Below, one piece after another: positions 48,312 through 57,151 of a stretch of DNA of 64,000 bases. The notes under the pieces were generated by a model, which saw only the letters and a list, made by a program, of their open reading frames with translations, was not told where the DNA came from and did no database searches. This stretch comes from Acinetobacter phage vB_AbaM_B9. The position numbers were made by a program, and so were the translations under genes. How positions within the stretch are numbered: position 1 is the stretch's first letter; each line of letters opens with the position of its first letter. The stretch is from sequence record MH133207.1; one strand, given 5' to 3'.

Positions 48312-48827
48312 TTATAAGTATGTTACTTTCTCACCAATAGGAATAACTTCAATCGATTCCACTGTATGTACACCAAACTCACCATAAGGTAAGAATGATT
48401 GGATATAATCTTGAACTTGATCTAACAAGATTTCATTCTGTTCAATCAATCGTTCATGTTCTTCATCATCAATTTCTTCCATATAATATTTTTCTTCAAT
48501 GTCATCTGGTTCAATGTATAACTCAGACCAACCAATTGATTCTAAGAAATGTAAACATGTTCGCATTGCATGTTCTTCAAATTCATCAAACTCTGGACGA
48601 TACCAATTATGTTTATCCCATTTCTCAGGGTTTGTTTCAGATGTTTTATTAAATGAATATGCTAAGTGTTTTAGCAATTCATCCCAAGTAAAACTAATTG
48701 AAAGAATTAGATCATCATGTTCCAAATTCAATGTATATAAAACCGTTTCTTCTAAACTACTAATTGTGTGCATCCAGTATTCATAATCAGCATCATTACC
48801 ATCACCAATAATTTTAACTTCAAGCAT
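48312..48827 (-). CDS. hypothetical highly acidic protein (DNA-mimic candidate)
   Basis: 171 aa, very Asp/Glu-rich throughout. Confidence 0.4.
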   Translation of the reverse strand: MLEVKIIGDGNDADYEYWMHTISSLEETVLYTLNLEHDDLILSISFTWDELLKHLAYSFNKTSETNPEKWDKHNWYRPEFDEFEEHAMRTCLHFLESIGWSELYIEPDDIEEKYYMEEIDDEEHERLIEQNEILLDQVQDYIQSFLPYGEFGVHTVESIEVIPIGEKVTYL

Positions 48828-49194
48828 TAAATTCTCCTTTATCTAAGAATAATAAAATATTTTCAATCGATACAAACTTATCTTTAACATCTTCTTGTGG
48901 AATCGGTACAGGATCAACCATCTCATATTCATTAATGTCAAATCCAGATTGTGATTTAGAAAATACACCTTCAATTTCAAAGTGAATGATTTCAAATGTA
49001 TTCCAGAATAACCCCGACTTAGTTTTCTTATATAAAGATTTAAACTTTAGTTCTGGAAAACGATCATCTGTAAATTCATTTGAAATATATTCTCCTGTGT
49101 ACTTCTTCTTAACTTCTTTTGTTTTAGCATAGTTCCATATACCTAGAACATTAAGTAAAGAATCTACACTAATATTTACTTGTTCGTTTGACAT
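48820..49194 (-). CDS. hypothetical protein
   Basis: 124-aa ORF. Confidence 0.4.
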   Translation of the reverse strand: MSNEQVNISVDSLLNVLGIWNYAKTKEVKKKYTGEYISNEFTDDRFPELKFKSLYKKTKSGLFWNTFEIIHFEIEGVFSKSQSGFDINEYEMVDPVPIPQEDVKDKFVSIENILLFLDKGEFNA

Positions 49195-49232
49195 TTATTT
49201 CTCCTAAAATTTAATACAATTAATCTAACAAA

Positions 49233-50024
49233 TCAGTCTTTGATATCCACTACGTAATTCATTAAAGCTTGAAAAGCTCTTGGGTCAATCTTGTCTTTCC
49301 ACTTCAAAGCTTGCTCTTTAATGAAACCCTCTTTAGCTTCCTTGTAAGCATAGAAAGCTTCTTCAGGTGTTTTGTAATAACCTAAGTTTTTCTGCCCGTT
49401 TGACCCATAATTAATATGTGCCGTAAATTTCCCCCTGCATTTTTTATATGAAACTCCAATTGGATATTCACCTCTTATCGAATCGCTCTTTATGGTCAAA
49501 TTGTTTAATTCTCTTGGTAAGAAAACACAAGTGTCCTCTGAATAAACCTTGTTACCTTTAACTAATAAATCTTTATCTAAATTCCAACCTTGATTTCCGA
49601 ACCCAATCTGCCTGTTACACCATTCGTAAAAGTATTCGTAGTGTTTAAAGTTTTCACTTACCGAACAACCTTTATAGGTTGGTTGTTTAATATGTTTCTT
49701 TTCACTATAACATCTGCTCATCATGTTTTGCCAAACTCTGTATTCACATATAATTTTCTTTTTCCCATAGGTATCGATAAAATACGCTGGGTATTTTGCA
49801 CCTAGAACACCTACACCATACACTGAAGGGTAGTAAGGGTCTTTTACCTGCCCTTTTCTTATGTTGTTGAGTTGGGTGAAAACTTTACTCCCTGTTGTTA
49901 CAAATTCTATCTCTATGTTCTTTGAATTTATGTAACTTTTAACAATAAATTCTCCAAAATTATTTGAGCGAAATGTCTTACCAATACAATGGGTGTGGTT
50001 GACATCATTTAGAAACTCCATCAC
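49233..50024 (-). CDS. HNH-family homing endonuclease-like protein (paralog of 51359..52132)
   Basis: YRVWQNMMSRCYSE..QPTYKGCSVSENF..F..WC...GF...WNLDKDLL...YSEDTCVFLP pattern, and an N-terminal domain shared with its paralog. Confidence 0.6.
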   Translation of the reverse strand: MMEFLNDVNHTHCIGKTFRSNNFGEFIVKSYINSKNIEIEFVTTGSKVFTQLNNIRKGQVKDPYYPSVYGVGVLGAKYPAYFIDTYGKKKIICEYRVWQNMMSRCYSEKKHIKQPTYKGCSVSENFKHYEYFYEWCNRQIGFGNQGWNLDKDLLVKGNKVYSEDTCVFLPRELNNLTIKSDSIRGEYPIGVSYKKCRGKFTAHINYGSNGQKNLGYYKTPEEAFYAYKEAKEGFIKEQALKWKDKIDPRAFQALMNYVVDIKD

Positions 50025-50233
50025 TCTTCCTCCATCTTTTCTTTTACAAAATCATCAAACTCATCTAGTGTCATCTGCTTATCGGAGACTTTGCCATATG
50101 AAATAATATCGTGATTTGGAAAATATTCACGAGCATTTTTTAATGCTTGATCAATACTATGTGCTAATATGTAAACTTTACCTGTCATTTTAGCATAGTT
50201 TTTCGGATAAAACTCAAATACATAAGGGTACAC
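50021..50233 (-). CDS. hypothetical protein
   Basis: 70-aa ORF. Confidence 0.35.
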   Translation of the reverse strand: MYPYVFEFYPKNYAKMTGKVYILAHSIDQALKNAREYFPNHDIISYGKVSDKQMTLDEFDDFVKEKMEEE

Positions 50234-50249
50234 AATAATCTCCTGAAGA

Positions 50250-50744
50250 TCACTTTAATCTATCACAGAAGCTTAATCTAATCATGACTCTTTTGCAAGC
50301 TTTTTCTACAATAGGTGATTGATGGTATTCTCTGTTATACTTATAAACACAATTAGGTTCTGTCTCTCCAATCAATTTATACTCACCATCAACTAAATCA
50401 AAGAACTTGGTAAGACCTGTATTTGTGTATAACAAGTGTGTCTCTTGCTTATTAGGATGATTATAATCTTTAACGTAATCTGTATGTACCTGATTCAAGT
50501 GATCACCACTATCACCTTCTTTGAGATTACGAACTTTAACATCTAGATAACACAGATCGTACTGACTGAATAAGGTTCTAGAGCTATCCAACATAATTAA
50601 AATGATACTTTGAATTTGTTCATCAAACATTACTGATATGAATCTGAGTAGATGTAAATCATCATTAATTCTTTTATGTTTGACTTCATGTAGTGGTGTG
50701 TTGGCAAAGTCAAAGTTATTTTCAAATGTTTTAATCTTTTGCAT
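50250..50744 (-). CDS. hypothetical protein
   Basis: 164-aa ORF. Confidence 0.4.
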   Translation of the reverse strand: MQKIKTFENNFDFANTPLHEVKHKRINDDLHLLRFISVMFDEQIQSIILIMLDSSRTLFSQYDLCYLDVKVRNLKEGDSGDHLNQVHTDYVKDYNHPNKQETHLLYTNTGLTKFFDLVDGEYKLIGETEPNCVYKYNREYHQSPIVEKACKRVMIRLSFCDRLK

Positions 50745-50811
50745 ACATAATTCCTAGATATAAAATAAGGACACTCAACTAAGAATGTCCCTTGTGTTAA
50801 TGTTTTATCGA

Positions 50812-51300
50812 TCAATACCCACAATCGTAATAGTCATGATCAAAAGTTATTTCCTCACCTTTCACTTTGATTTTAACTTCATAGTTTGTAGTGTAAATCT
50901 CATCAATCAATTCTGATAATGCTCGCATATCGTTAGTAAAAGTTGAGCTATCGATATGTTTTGAATTAATTGATGTCATTAATTCTGAATTTAATTCAAG
51001 ATATTCTGATAGTTCTTCATCATCTTCAGCACTCAAACCGTCATGGTTAAACCATTTATAACTTCCACTTTCTCGATAACCGACACAGATTGAGTAATCG
51101 TAGTTGTGTTCGCAAATATCTCCGTCCATGAAATCTGGAGTCCATCCACGCACAACAATTGCAAAGTCACCATACTTAGTCTTTAACTCTTGAATAACTT
51201 GTTTAATGAAGTCATCATTCAAAGTTTTTATATAGGCAACATATTCTTCACGAATAGCTTTGAATTTCTCAAAAGTGTTTTGGTTGATAATATTTGTCAT
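50812..51300 (-). CDS. hypothetical acidic protein
   Basis: 162-aa ORF. Confidence 0.4.
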   Translation of the reverse strand: MTNIINQNTFEKFKAIREEYVAYIKTLNDDFIKQVIQELKTKYGDFAIVVRGWTPDFMDGDICEHNYDYSICVGYRESGSYKWFNHDGLSAEDDEELSEYLELNSELMTSINSKHIDSSTFTNDMRALSELIDEIYTTNYEVKIKVKGEEITFDHDYYDCGY

Positions 51301-51358
51301 TTGTTTCTCCTTAATTAAAAATAATATATTACTTCAAACTTGTCTTCATGTCAACACC

Positions 51359-52132
51359 CTATTGGGTCTTTAGCACAACATTAGGAGCAATAACTTCTGG
51401 TTTAAATTTATTAATAATGGAATTATAAACTCTTTCATCTAACTGATCTTTATATCCTTCTACAATTTTAGAAACTATATCATACTTCTTTGCTTTGTAA
51501 ATATCAATAGCTTCTTTTTCGTTTTTAAACGATCCGAAATATAAATTAGTATTATTGCAACCAACGTACACCTCATAGGAGCCATATTTATTCACCATTA
51601 TACCTTGAGGATGACTACTTAATTTAGGTTGTTTTCTAAATAAATTGTTCACATGTTGTGGTACAAAACAACATGTGTCTTCACTATAAAGTAAATTGCC
51701 ATCAGAAAGTATATCTTTGTCTAATGCCCAACCCTTCAAACCGAAACCTTTTTGATTAAGACACCATTTTTGAAAGTAATCTAATCGCTTAAAGTTTTCA
51801 GAAACCTGACAACCTTGATATGTGGGCTGCTTTTCCTGTGTTACTTCATTATAACACCTAGATAGCATACCTCTCCAAATATTATACGAATTTGTTAACT
51901 TCCCGTTTTCTTTAACAATACCGTCTCCAACTATACCAACGTTATAAACACTTGGTTGTTCTTTGTCTCTAATATTCCCCTTCTTTAATTGTGTAAGTTG
52001 AACATTTACTCTAGTTCCTGTGTTTTTAAATTCAACAAGAACATCTTTATTGTTTGTGTACTCTAAAACAACAACTTCACCAAAATTTGTTGTTTGAAAA
52101 GTTAAACCAACATAGTTAGAATTTAATTTCAC
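51359..52132 (-). CDS. HNH-family homing endonuclease-like protein (paralog of 49233..50024)
   Basis: NIWRGMLSRCYNE..QPTYQGCQVSENF..F..WC...GF...WALDKDIL...YSEDTCCFVP. Confidence 0.6.
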   Translation of the reverse strand: MKLNSNYVGLTFQTTNFGEVVVLEYTNNKDVLVEFKNTGTRVNVQLTQLKKGNIRDKEQPSVYNVGIVGDGIVKENGKLTNSYNIWRGMLSRCYNEVTQEKQPTYQGCQVSENFKRLDYFQKWCLNQKGFGLKGWALDKDILSDGNLLYSEDTCCFVPQHVNNLFRKQPKLSSHPQGIMVNKYGSYEVYVGCNNTNLYFGSFKNEKEAIDIYKAKKYDIVSKIVEGYKDQLDERVYNSIINKFKPEVIAPNVVLKTQ

Positions 52133-52479
52133 TTATATTTTCCTTTTAAATTATGTTCACGTAACCATTGCAAACAATGCGTGGCTAAATGTAAACGTTT
52201 AGGGTTCTCTGTAATAAGTGTCATTTTAACAAACTCATCTCTATGATCAACAGGATAATCTGCGTCACCATTCCAATACATCCAATCTTTGAGCATTTTT
52301 TCATAATGCTTGAATCGTAAATCTTCTAAACAACACACAGCACACAAACCGTAAGCATGTTCTGATATACCTTTTCCAGAATCACCAAACACTTCATAGA
52401 AATCATCTTTGTCTTTAATATCATACCAATTATGAATCAATAGTTCAAGTAATTCAATTTGTAAATCATACTTAGCCAT
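52129..52479 (-). CDS. hypothetical protein
   Basis: 116-aa ORF. Confidence 0.4.
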   Translation of the reverse strand: MAKYDLQIELLELLIHNWYDIKDKDDFYEVFGDSGKGISEHAYGLCAVCCLEDLRFKHYEKMLKDWMYWNGDADYPVDHRDEFVKMTLITENPKRLHLATHCLQWLREHNLKGKYK

Positions 52480-52488
52480 TTTATTTCC

Positions 52489-52722
52489 TCAATTGTATGG
52501 ATATGGTGTATAGTTATAACATTTAGGAATATTAATTTTTGAAATAATCTCTTCGATTCTCTCTTTATTTAAATACCCTTCATTCTCAATATTACCATCA
52601 ACAACCAATGCACAACCAAATCTCATAATTTTGTTATATTCAATATGATCACTCACATCTTCAGGTCTAACATAGTTTACAACATAACTACCACTATTAT
52701 AAATACGAATACTAACAGCCAT
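52489..52722 (-). CDS. hypothetical protein
   Basis: 77-aa ORF. Confidence 0.35.
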   Translation of the reverse strand: MAVSIRIYNSGSYVVNYVRPEDVSDHIEYNKIMRFGCALVVDGNIENEGYLNKERIEEIISKINIPKCYNYTPYPYN

Positions 52723-52922
52723 TATTTATCTCCAATAATCCACGGGTAAAAATACAATTCATTCGTATGAAGTAAAGCATGAACAGGTAATATTGTCAAC
52801 TTCTCATCTGGCAAAATACCTTTAATCTTCTGCACATGTGTTAAGTAATCACCGTGTTTAGTTACACGAAAGAAAGTTTTAGTTTTCTCATGATAACACA
52901 TTTGATTAGTACGTTTTTCCAT
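52722..52922 (-). CDS. hypothetical protein
   Basis: 66-aa ORF. Confidence 0.35.
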   Translation of the reverse strand: MEKRTNQMCYHEKTKTFFRVTKHGDYLTHVQKIKGILPDEKLTILPVHALLHTNELYFYPWIIGDK

Positions 52923-52993
52923 TTCTTAAATCTCCATAAAAAGATGACTATCTTTGTTAAGACAATCATCTCAAATAATTTAATTGGTGTCAA

Positions 52994-53245
52994 CTAATTT
53001 TCATCTCCACACAACCAATTTTCTACAGATAAATATTGTGCTTCTGGTGTGTAATTAATAGGAGCATATTCATCAGGTACTTCTGTAGAGTTCCAGTTAC
53101 TTTCCATGTGGTTTTCCCATGAAGGTTCCATCACTTCACTAATCTCAGAACCAATCTCTTGAGCATGTTCTTCGTCAACAGCATCAACATAGAATGTTTG
53201 TGTATAGACTTGTGTTACTTCAACACGAAATCGTTTGGTTTTCAT
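52994..53245 (-). CDS. hypothetical acidic protein
   Basis: 83-aa ORF. Confidence 0.35.
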   Translation of the reverse strand: MKTKRFRVEVTQVYTQTFYVDAVDEEHAQEIGSEISEVMEPSWENHMESNWNSTEVPDEYAPINYTPEAQYLSVENWLCGDEN

Positions 53246-53466
53246 AACTCATTCTCCAAATACTTTGTTAACTTTTTATGGAATTCTAACACCTGTTGCT
53301 TATTCATAATTAAATGGTCAACGTACTCTTCACCATTGTAAATTTGAAATACTGTTAGTTTATTATCAACTTTATCACCAAAATTCCCACCAACATAAGA
53401 CTCTTCTGACTTCATAATGTCAATTGTAATTGGATGTGTACCATAATCCTCTAAAGTAATAATCAT
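53242..53466 (-). CDS. hypothetical protein
   Basis: 74-aa ORF. Confidence 0.35.
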   Translation of the reverse strand: MIITLEDYGTHPITIDIMKSEESYVGGNFGDKVDNKLTVFQIYNGEEYVDHLIMNKQQVLEFHKKLTKYLENEL

Positions 53467-53690
53467 CGTGAATACTCCATCCTAAATTTCTTAACTCGTA
53501 ACTGCTTCTTCATTTTAACCACATCTTTCTGAATATTACACAACAACTCATTTCTGTTACAACAATAATCCTTCATAAGCCAATCATTAGGGTGGTATAT
53601 TGTAACATACCATTCATTAGGGAAACCATGAGGTTTAGTAATTTTAACCAAGTATTTACCTATTCTCATAGGTTTTAAATGGTGCATCAT
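53463..53690 (-). CDS. hypothetical protein
   Basis: 75-aa ORF. Confidence 0.35.
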   Translation of the reverse strand: MMHHLKPMRIGKYLVKITKPHGFPNEWYVTIYHPNDWLMKDYCCNRNELLCNIQKDVVKMKKQLRVKKFRMEYSR

Positions 53691-53893
53691 AACAATTCCT
53701 CTCGATTAAACACTGTCTTAAATTTGTCATCAGTTACTATTGTAACATTTCCAATAGAATAAGGGTTCTCTTTACATTTGTCAAAGAATTTTAAAGCTTC
53801 TTCTTTAGATAATGTTCTAGCATGATAATTCGAATAACCATAACCATCAACTGAGTCACCATCAAATAATAAATACCAAACTTCTTTAATCAT
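53687..53893 (-). CDS. hypothetical protein
   Basis: 68-aa ORF. Confidence 0.35.
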   Translation of the reverse strand: MIKEVWYLLFDGDSVDGYGYSNYHARTLSKEEALKFFDKCKENPYSIGNVTIVTDDKFKTVFNREELL

Positions 53894-53923
53894 TAAATTT
53901 TTCCTCGTCTTTAATTTTCATAT

Positions 53924-54439
53924 TCAATCCCACAAGTTATCAAAATACTTAACAAACAACTCTCTCCCTTCATCAACCTTACGTTTAACCTCAGCATCAT
54001 AAGCTCGACTACGTTCCCACCAAGAATCTACATCTTCTTGTGTTACACCTTCTTTAAGAATCTGTCTCCACTGAGTAACCTTTCCAAAAACAAGATGATC
54101 TTCCCAAACAACAGGAGGGAACTTCTCAGGGTGTGCTAAATCATCATAATAGAAATCATAAGGTTCAATATCAAAGTATGTTGGATGGTCTGTAAATGCA
54201 AAGATCATCTTATCTAACAACTCATTCCATTGTTCTTCACAATATTCACTGGAGTAATCGAAACAAGTTTCTCGCCCTGTTTCTGGATTAATATCTTTAG
54301 TAACTAAATGTGGTGGAACAGTGTTCTTACGAAGTTCTTTAAATTGCTCCAATCCTTGTACAATAACTCTTGCAAGGTGTTTGTCTAAATTCCACACTTC
54401 ACGTTTGTTAAAGCGAAGCTTCCCTTTCTGAATGTGCAT
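53924..54439 (-). CDS. hypothetical protein
   Basis: 171-aa ORF. Confidence 0.4.
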   Translation of the reverse strand: MHIQKGKLRFNKREVWNLDKHLARVIVQGLEQFKELRKNTVPPHLVTKDINPETGRETCFDYSSEYCEEQWNELLDKMIFAFTDHPTYFDIEPYDFYYDDLAHPEKFPPVVWEDHLVFGKVTQWRQILKEGVTQEDVDSWWERSRAYDAEVKRKVDEGRELFVKYFDNLWD

Positions 54440-54783
54440 TAACTCTTACTCCATTTTAAATTTATGATGTACTTTAAACGATCTAATTCAAATCTAGCGA
54501 AAGTAAAACAACTTAATATAACCTTATCATAGCAATCTTTAGAATTGTAAACAATATTACCTTTCTTGTCAAGAATGTTAATTACATCTTTATTGAATAC
54601 ACCTGTAAACCCGTCTAGTTGATATTCGCCAATTAGTTTTACAGTGTCTAAATAATCGCACCATTCTTTTTGAAAAGATTCAACAATATCTAAACTTGGA
54701 TAGTAAGGACCGTTAATGCAAGGTTCTATATTTAAACAATATTCCAAACTACTAAAGTTGTACCCGAAACATGAATTGTTCAT
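54439..54783 (-). CDS. hypothetical Cys-rich protein
   Basis: 114-aa ORF. Confidence 0.4.
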   Translation of the reverse strand: MNNSCFGYNFSSLEYCLNIEPCINGPYYPSLDIVESFQKEWCDYLDTVKLIGEYQLDGFTGVFNKDVINILDKKGNIVYNSKDCYDKVILSCFTFARFELDRLKYIINLKWSKS

Positions 54784-55262
54784 TTATTCTCCACAATTAC
54801 TGTGTATCCAAAAACACCTAATTTTTCAATTTGCTCTGTAGTAACACGACCGAAGACAACAATAGCAGACGGAAAAGGCGCATTTTCTTTAGCACTACCA
54901 AAACGTAATCTTCCCTTAATAAAACAAACTGCTGAAGAATCCTTAAAGATTACATCGTGCCAAATCTTTGTGTCTGGTTTAGCTGGAATCAACATCACGA
55001 TGGTTGTATCGTTTTTCAAGGCTTCATCACGAGCCTTTTTAATCCAGTCTTTTTGCATCCTACCATAAGGAGGATTACACCAGCAAACATCAACCCAATC
55101 TTGTTTTAACCCATCTACTTCAGGTGTGAAGTACTCATTACACTTTGCTGTTTCAGGTAATGCACACACATCCGTTTTAAAATTAAATACTGTATTTAGT
55201 TTATCAAATAAATCTTGAGGTGTTTCCCAAGTGTGATCTTTACTGCTGTGATAAACTTTCAT
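54780..55262 (-). CDS. dam: DNA N6-adenine methyltransferase (phage Dam-type)
   Basis: TWETPQDLFDKLNTVFNF..DVCA N-terminal motif, WCNPPYG catalytic (D/N)PPY motif, and the LIPAKPDTKIWHD...FIKGRLRF pattern of phage Dam-family methyltransferases. Confidence 0.8.
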   Translation of the reverse strand: MKVYHSSKDHTWETPQDLFDKLNTVFNFKTDVCALPETAKCNEYFTPEVDGLKQDWVDVCWCNPPYGRMQKDWIKKARDEALKNDTTIVMLIPAKPDTKIWHDVIFKDSSAVCFIKGRLRFGSAKENAPFPSAIVVFGRVTTEQIEKLGVFGYTVIVENK

Positions 55263-55520
55263 TTAACTCTCCAACTCTTGCTTAAAACAAGCTATAAATA
55301 ATTCCACCTTATAATAGCACTCAATAATTTCTAACTTCAATACCACTTGTCCAGCACTAACTTCATACAACCTGTTTAAGAGTGCTTCAAATAACTCACC
55401 ACGAATATTATCTAAACTATTTGAAGCATTAACCCACACATCATCCACAATCAGATCATATACGACACCCTTTCTAATTGTGTACTTTTTACCATATAAA
55501 ACTTTTGAATACTCTTTCAT
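55263..55520 (-). CDS. hypothetical protein
   Basis: 85-aa ORF. Confidence 0.35.
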   Translation of the reverse strand: MKEYSKVLYGKKYTIRKGVVYDLIVDDVWVNASNSLDNIRGELFEALLNRLYEVSAGQVVLKLEIIECYYKVELFIACFKQELES

Positions 55521-55933
55521 TTATCACCTCGCTTCTTAGCATTAGGGTAATACTTATCAGAGACACTCATAACAATACCCCATACTTCTTTACTCACCCA
55601 ATGAGGATTAACATCATTACCAACATTAATCATTTCACCTTTATCAATACGCTCTTGTAACTTTATTTGTTCAGCTAATTTCTGCTGCTCTAGTTGTTTG
55701 TAATGCTCACCACGAGTCATTTCAGCATATTCGCATAGATTCTCTACCAAATCTAAATCTTTAGCCATATATCGCTGATAGGACAAACCCCCGTCTGTCG
55801 CAGCTTCATTGTCACAATGGCACTGACTGTAGTGGTGTCGATGCTTACTTTCTAAAATAGTATTACACACTAAACACTTGATAGCATTACGTGTTAACAC
55901 TTTAATAACTTCATTCTCATCTAACTCAAGCAT
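55517..55933 (-). CDS. hypothetical Cys/His-rich protein (possible zinc-binding)
   Basis: CLVCN...HRHHYSQCHCDN cluster. Confidence 0.35.
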   Translation of the reverse strand: MLELDENEVIKVLTRNAIKCLVCNTILESKHRHHYSQCHCDNEAATDGGLSYQRYMAKDLDLVENLCEYAEMTRGEHYKQLEQQKLAEQIKLQERIDKGEMINVGNDVNPHWVSKEVWGIVMSVSDKYYPNAKKRGDK

Positions 55934-56282
55934 TTATTTCTCCAAATAGTTTCATATTTTTGTAAAGATATACACAATAAACACCAATTATACCTTTCAA
56001 GATATCAACATAAGATAACACCTCATTGTCGTCTCTACAGTAAAAAGGTCGTATGATTCCATCCAAAACAATATCCTCATACTTCTCTATTACATAACTC
56101 CAGTCAGGTACATCATAAACGCTTCCTGTGTAAATAGGAACTACAAAAAGATATTCATTTGTTCTGATCAAATCAACACAATCTTGAATACTTGGATTTT
56201 CAATAAACAAAACTTTTGGTTGATATCCACTTCGATTTTTAAAGGTCTGAATTGTAATGTTTGTAACTTCATTTAACTTCAT
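55926..56282 (-). CDS. hypothetical protein
   Basis: 118-aa ORF. Confidence 0.4.
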   Translation of the reverse strand: MKLNEVTNITIQTFKNRSGYQPKVLFIENPSIQDCVDLIRTNEYLFVVPIYTGSVYDVPDWSYVIEKYEDIVLDGIIRPFYCRDDNEVLSYVDILKGIIGVYCVYLYKNMKLFGEINA

Positions 56283-56380
56283 AATTACTCTCCTAAAATA
56301 AAATTTAATCTAAATCTAACCAATCTTGAAAATAACTTTAACATACGTGGAGTAGTAATACAAGTATTATTTACTCATCA

Positions 56381-57127
56381 CTAACTCACATCGTATAAAT
56401 CCTCAAGTAATAAATAACCTTGTTTACGTTTTCCATCAACTTCACTAACCACTTGTGTCTTTCTAACAACAAAATAATTTCTTATATCGTTACCTACAGC
56501 TTTTCTGTTTATATTGAGACTATCGTAAGTTTTTTGTAAAACACTTGTGATATGTGATGATGTATACTTTTTACCAACACGTAAACAACCTAATTTACTT
56601 TTTATCTCTAAGTGGTGGTCTTGGAATTTCAAAGCTAAATTGTATGCGTTAAACAACTTGGTTTTATTAAAACCAATAGATTTAATCTTATCAACACCTA
56701 ATACATCAACAAGGAGCTTATGTTCTTCTGAGTAGTTAGATATGTTTTCCACAGTTATAGTATCCCCTACTTCAATAGCTTTTATGTATTTTTTCAAAAG
56801 TTTACAAAAATCCACCTTGAACCCACATTTCAAATGTTCGAGTGTATTGACTTTGTTGAGTAGTCTGTTAAACGGTGGAGAAAGTCTAGTGATACATAAC
56901 TCTTCGTACTTCAATGATTCTTCTTTCGAGCTGAAATATTCTACAATTTCAACCGTAATACAACCATCCTCTCCATTCTGAAAGAAATAGCGATTTAAAG
57001 CTTTGTTAGAGCTAGTGCCATGTAGACAGTGTTTATATCTTTCACCAGAACCTTGTCCAATGTAAAGAATTTCACCCTCTAATCCTCGTGCAAAGTAAAC
57101 ATAAAAATTTTTCAAACTTTTACTCAA
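56381..57127 (-). CDS. GIY-YIG homing endonuclease
   Basis: N-terminal FYVYFARGLEGEILYIGQGSGERYKHCLHG contains the GIY-YIG motif with conserved Arg/His. Long C-terminal DNA-binding-type region. Confidence 0.65.
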   Translation of the reverse strand: MSKSLKNFYVYFARGLEGEILYIGQGSGERYKHCLHGTSSNKALNRYFFQNGEDGCITVEIVEYFSSKEESLKYEELCITRLSPPFNRLLNKVNTLEHLKCGFKVDFCKLLKKYIKAIEVGDTITVENISNYSEEHKLLVDVLGVDKIKSIGFNKTKLFNAYNLALKFQDHHLEIKSKLGCLRVGKKYTSSHITSVLQKTYDSLNINRKAVGNDIRNYFVVRKTQVVSEVDGKRKQGYLLLEDLYDVS

Positions 57128-57151
57128 TTAATAATCTCCAATAATTTTACA

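Noticed and set aside
50250-50744. 2OG-Fe(II) oxygenase-like HxD...H motif (VHTDY...ETHLLY)
   Set aside because: Only a loose motif match, too weak to call without a profile search.
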